Positions 61,928-64,000 of a DNA stretch of 64,000 bases are shown piece by piece. Below the pieces are notes generated by a model. The model searched no databases. It saw nothing but the letters and a program-made list of their open reading frames with translations, and had not been told where the DNA came from. The stretch is from Candidatus Kapaibacterium sp. (lineage in GTDB: Bacteria > Bacteroidota > Ignavibacteria > Kapaibacteriales > UBA2268). Positions within the stretch are counted from its first letter, which is position 1, and each line of letters opens with the position of its first letter. Both the position numbers and the translations under genes were made by a program. The DNA lies in contig OY762428.1 in assembly GCA_963665665.1 (NCBI GenBank), positions 2,752,001-2,816,000 of the forward strand, read 5' to 3'.

Positions 61928-62215
61928 ATTGGACCTTGCAATCTGTTTCTGATCTGGAGAATATCGCAGATTTTATTAGCAGAGATTCCAGGAAATTTGC
62001 GGCTATTCAAGTACGAAGGATTATTGGCAGGACAAAAACAATAAAAAAGTCAGCAGTATTCAGGAAGATTTGTCCCGGAACTTAACGATCCCAATATTCG
62101 TGAACTTATCATGGGGAATTATAGAATAATTTATGAAATCATTTCTGACAGTCTGATCAATATTTTTACAATTCACCATTCGGCACGATTGATTGATTCA
62201 AAAAAATTGAAATAA
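61915..62215 (+). pseudogene. RelE/ParE family toxin with a one-base frameshift
   Basis: MVKVNWTLQSVSDLENIADFISRDS... continues in the +1 frame as YSGRFVPELNDPNIRELIMGNYRIIY...IHHSARL; 301 nt; extra A probably in the run at 62043-62048. Confidence 0.8.
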
Positions 62216-62443
62216 GTTTCTCAACTTTCAACCAATTTTTCGGAACGTTTCATCTTTTGCCATTTTAAATAAATTAAATTTCTTTCCAACGAATCTATTC
62301 TACCTTTGACGCACGATAAATCAAATCCGATATTTTTTTTATAAAGTCTGGATTATTATATTAATATTTTAGAATTTAAACTTTTTATTCGATCCTTTGG
62401 ATGTTTCAGAATAAGCAAATCATCAAACAATGAAAGACCGACA

Positions 62444-63127
62444 ATGAAAAAATTTCTCATTCCACTGTTTATACTGACTATTGCCATTATTCCGGCATGC
62501 CGCGAAGAAAACACGAGCGACTGCAGCACTCCGACAAACGGAACCGAGTATATTGATACATACACCCTGAAAGGCCCGATGAATTTCCTGAGCGGATACG
62601 AGGCGATGAACAGCGACAGCAGCGTGAACGTAGTGGTTGAAATTCCGGCCGGAACCCGCCAGAAATGGGAAGTGGATAAAGAAAGCGGTAATATTGTCTG
62701 GACTTTCAAAAACGGCGCCCCGAGGGTAGTTGATTACCTGCCATACATCGGCAATTACGGTATGATACCGAAAACCCTGCTTCCTGAAGAACTTGGCGGA
62801 GACGGCGATCCGCTTGACGTCATTATTCTCGGTGAGCCAATTGAAAGAGGCAGCGTGGCGAAAGTCAGAATCATCGGAGTTCTGCGCCTTCTCGACGGCG
62901 GCGAACAGGACGACAAACTGATTGCCGTTACGGATGAAGAAAATTTCCAGTCAATCAGTGATATTTCCGAACTAAATGAAAATTACACAGGCGTGAAAGA
63001 TATAATCGAAACATGGTTCGTGAACTACAAAGGCCCCGGCGAAATGGAAGCCGACGGTTTCGGTAACAGGAACGAAGCCCTGCAAATACTGCTAAAATCA
63101 ATTCAGGAATATGCAAACAGGAATTGA
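62444..63127 (+). CDS. ppa: Family I inorganic pyrophosphatase with lipoprotein signal
   Basis: VVEIPAG, NYGMIPKT, GDGDPLDV, DGGEQDDKLIAV, WFVNYK; N-terminal IIPAC lipobox. Confidence 0.88.
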   Translation: MKKFLIPLFILTIAIIPACREENTSDCSTPTNGTEYIDTYTLKGPMNFLSGYEAMNSDSSVNVVVEIPAGTRQKWEVDKESGNIVWTFKNGAPRVVDYLPYIGNYGMIPKTLLPEELGGDGDPLDVIILGEPIERGSVAKVRIIGVLRLLDGGEQDDKLIAVTDEENFQSISDISELNENYTGVKDIIETWFVNYKGPGEMEADGFGNRNEALQILLKSIQEYANRN

Positions 63128-63185
63128 GGCTAAATAAAATTATTTTTAAATATATCTTACTGAATTACGAGGATTATTCATTAAA

Positions 63186-64000
63186 TCACTGATCTGTTTG
63201 TCCGTTCTGTTCTTTCCGTAGTGCACTTATGTCTTTTTCATCAGGCAGTGATTTTATATTTTCACGGAAAAAGAAGAAACCGCCTACACTGATTTGTATC
63301 ATATAACTGACAAAATGCGCAACTGCAGCAAATGCCAAAGATTCTTCCTTCGGAATGCCGTATAGGTTATGCAGGGCATCCCTGATAAGCCAGTGGTAAA
63401 TGCCAACAGCTCCCGGTGTTGGAGCAATTGTAACGCCAACACCTGAAACAATAATCAGGAATATTGCTGCATCGAACCCAAGATTGTACTCTTGCTGAAA
63501 CGGAAAAGCAAAAAATGTCATGTACAGTGGAATGGTATAGAAAAACCATATTAAGATCGAATCAAATGAAACCCTTAAATACCTGGATGGGGTTTTAATA
63601 ATTGTGAATCCCTTAAGGAATTTCTCATAGAGTTCAGAAATCCTGTTATAGAATTTTTCAGAAAAGGGTTTTAGTAAAATTTGTATAAATTTCCTGAAGA
63701 AAGGAGGATAAAAGCTGAATATTAATACCAATGCAAAAAGTACAATCAATGTAATAATGGCATTAATATCAATTTTTGCCGGAAGGGATTTTACAACGAT
63801 ATCCCCGAAAACAATAAAAGCAAACGCAAATAACAGAAAAAGAGTAACCAGGTCAATGAACCTTTCTGCTATGATTGTTGCAAATGTTGTTGTGTATGAA
63901 ACTTTTTCTCTTCTGGCGTAAACATAAGGCCGAACGAACTCTCCGCCGCGAGGCAGAACACAGTTGACCGCATATCCGATCATAACAGCCGAGAAAAGAT
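63186..64000 (-). CDS. Lysylphosphatidylglycerol synthase TM / flippase-like protein, partial (5' end outside window)
   Basis: IGYAVNCVLPRGGEFVR, ERFID, PTPGAVGIYH. Confidence 0.85.
   Translation of the reverse strand, partial: LFSAVMIGYAVNCVLPRGGEFVRPYVYARREKVSYTTTFATIIAERFIDLVTLFLLFAFAFIVFGDIVVKSLPAKIDINAIITLIVLFALVLIFSFYPPFFRKFIQILLKPFSEKFYNRISELYEKFLKGFTIIKTPSRYLRVSFDSILIWFFYTIPLYMTFFAFPFQQEYNLGFDAAIFLIIVSGVGVTIAPTPGAVGIYHWLIRDALHNLYGIPKEESLAFAAVAHFVSYMIQISVGGFFFFRENIKSLPDEKDISALRKEQNGQTDQ

Noticed and set aside
62043-62049. Programmed -1 frameshift at A-AAA-AAG in relE
   Set aside because: The toxin continues in the +1 frame; the -1 frame is unrelated and stops early.
1-64000. tRNA/rRNA genes, prophage, intact transposase or integrase
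   Set aside because: No cloverleaf or rRNA signatures and no phage, DDE, Y1 or tyrosine-recombinase ORFs were recognised by eye; tRNAscan/Infernal were not run.

Overview
AT-rich bacterial chromosomal window, probably from the FCB superphylum (Ignavibacteria/Kapabacteria-like). This is inferred from many T9SS C-terminal-domain proteins, TAnnTTTG promoter motifs, Shine-Dalgarno-like sites and a flagellar basal-body cluster. Housekeeping genes include rfbA, trkA/trkH, rpsU, pgi/pmi, flgB-flgC-orf-fliE-fliF-fliG-fliH-fliI, pstS, mtaB, an M16 protease, a TetM-like GTPase and ppa. The main accessory signals are: (1) an integron-like array of four gene cassettes (8632-12334) separated by ~130-bp non-canonical attC-like palindromes, with no intact integrase in the window; in three cassettes the 5' GTT core is wholly or partly the reverse complement of the cassette's own 3' AAC core, and in the fourth the 5' core is disrupted; (2) a ~880-bp array of 21-bp units (55053-55934) with higher-order repeats and two opposed halves meeting at a palindrome; (3) two tandem T9SS-cargo paralogues with alternating identical and highly divergent blocks; (4) intact and decayed toxin-antitoxin modules; (5) a ~195-bp MITE-like element and several REP-like palindrome families. 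No tRNA, rRNA or CRISPR array was recognised. All calls were made by eye, without database searches.
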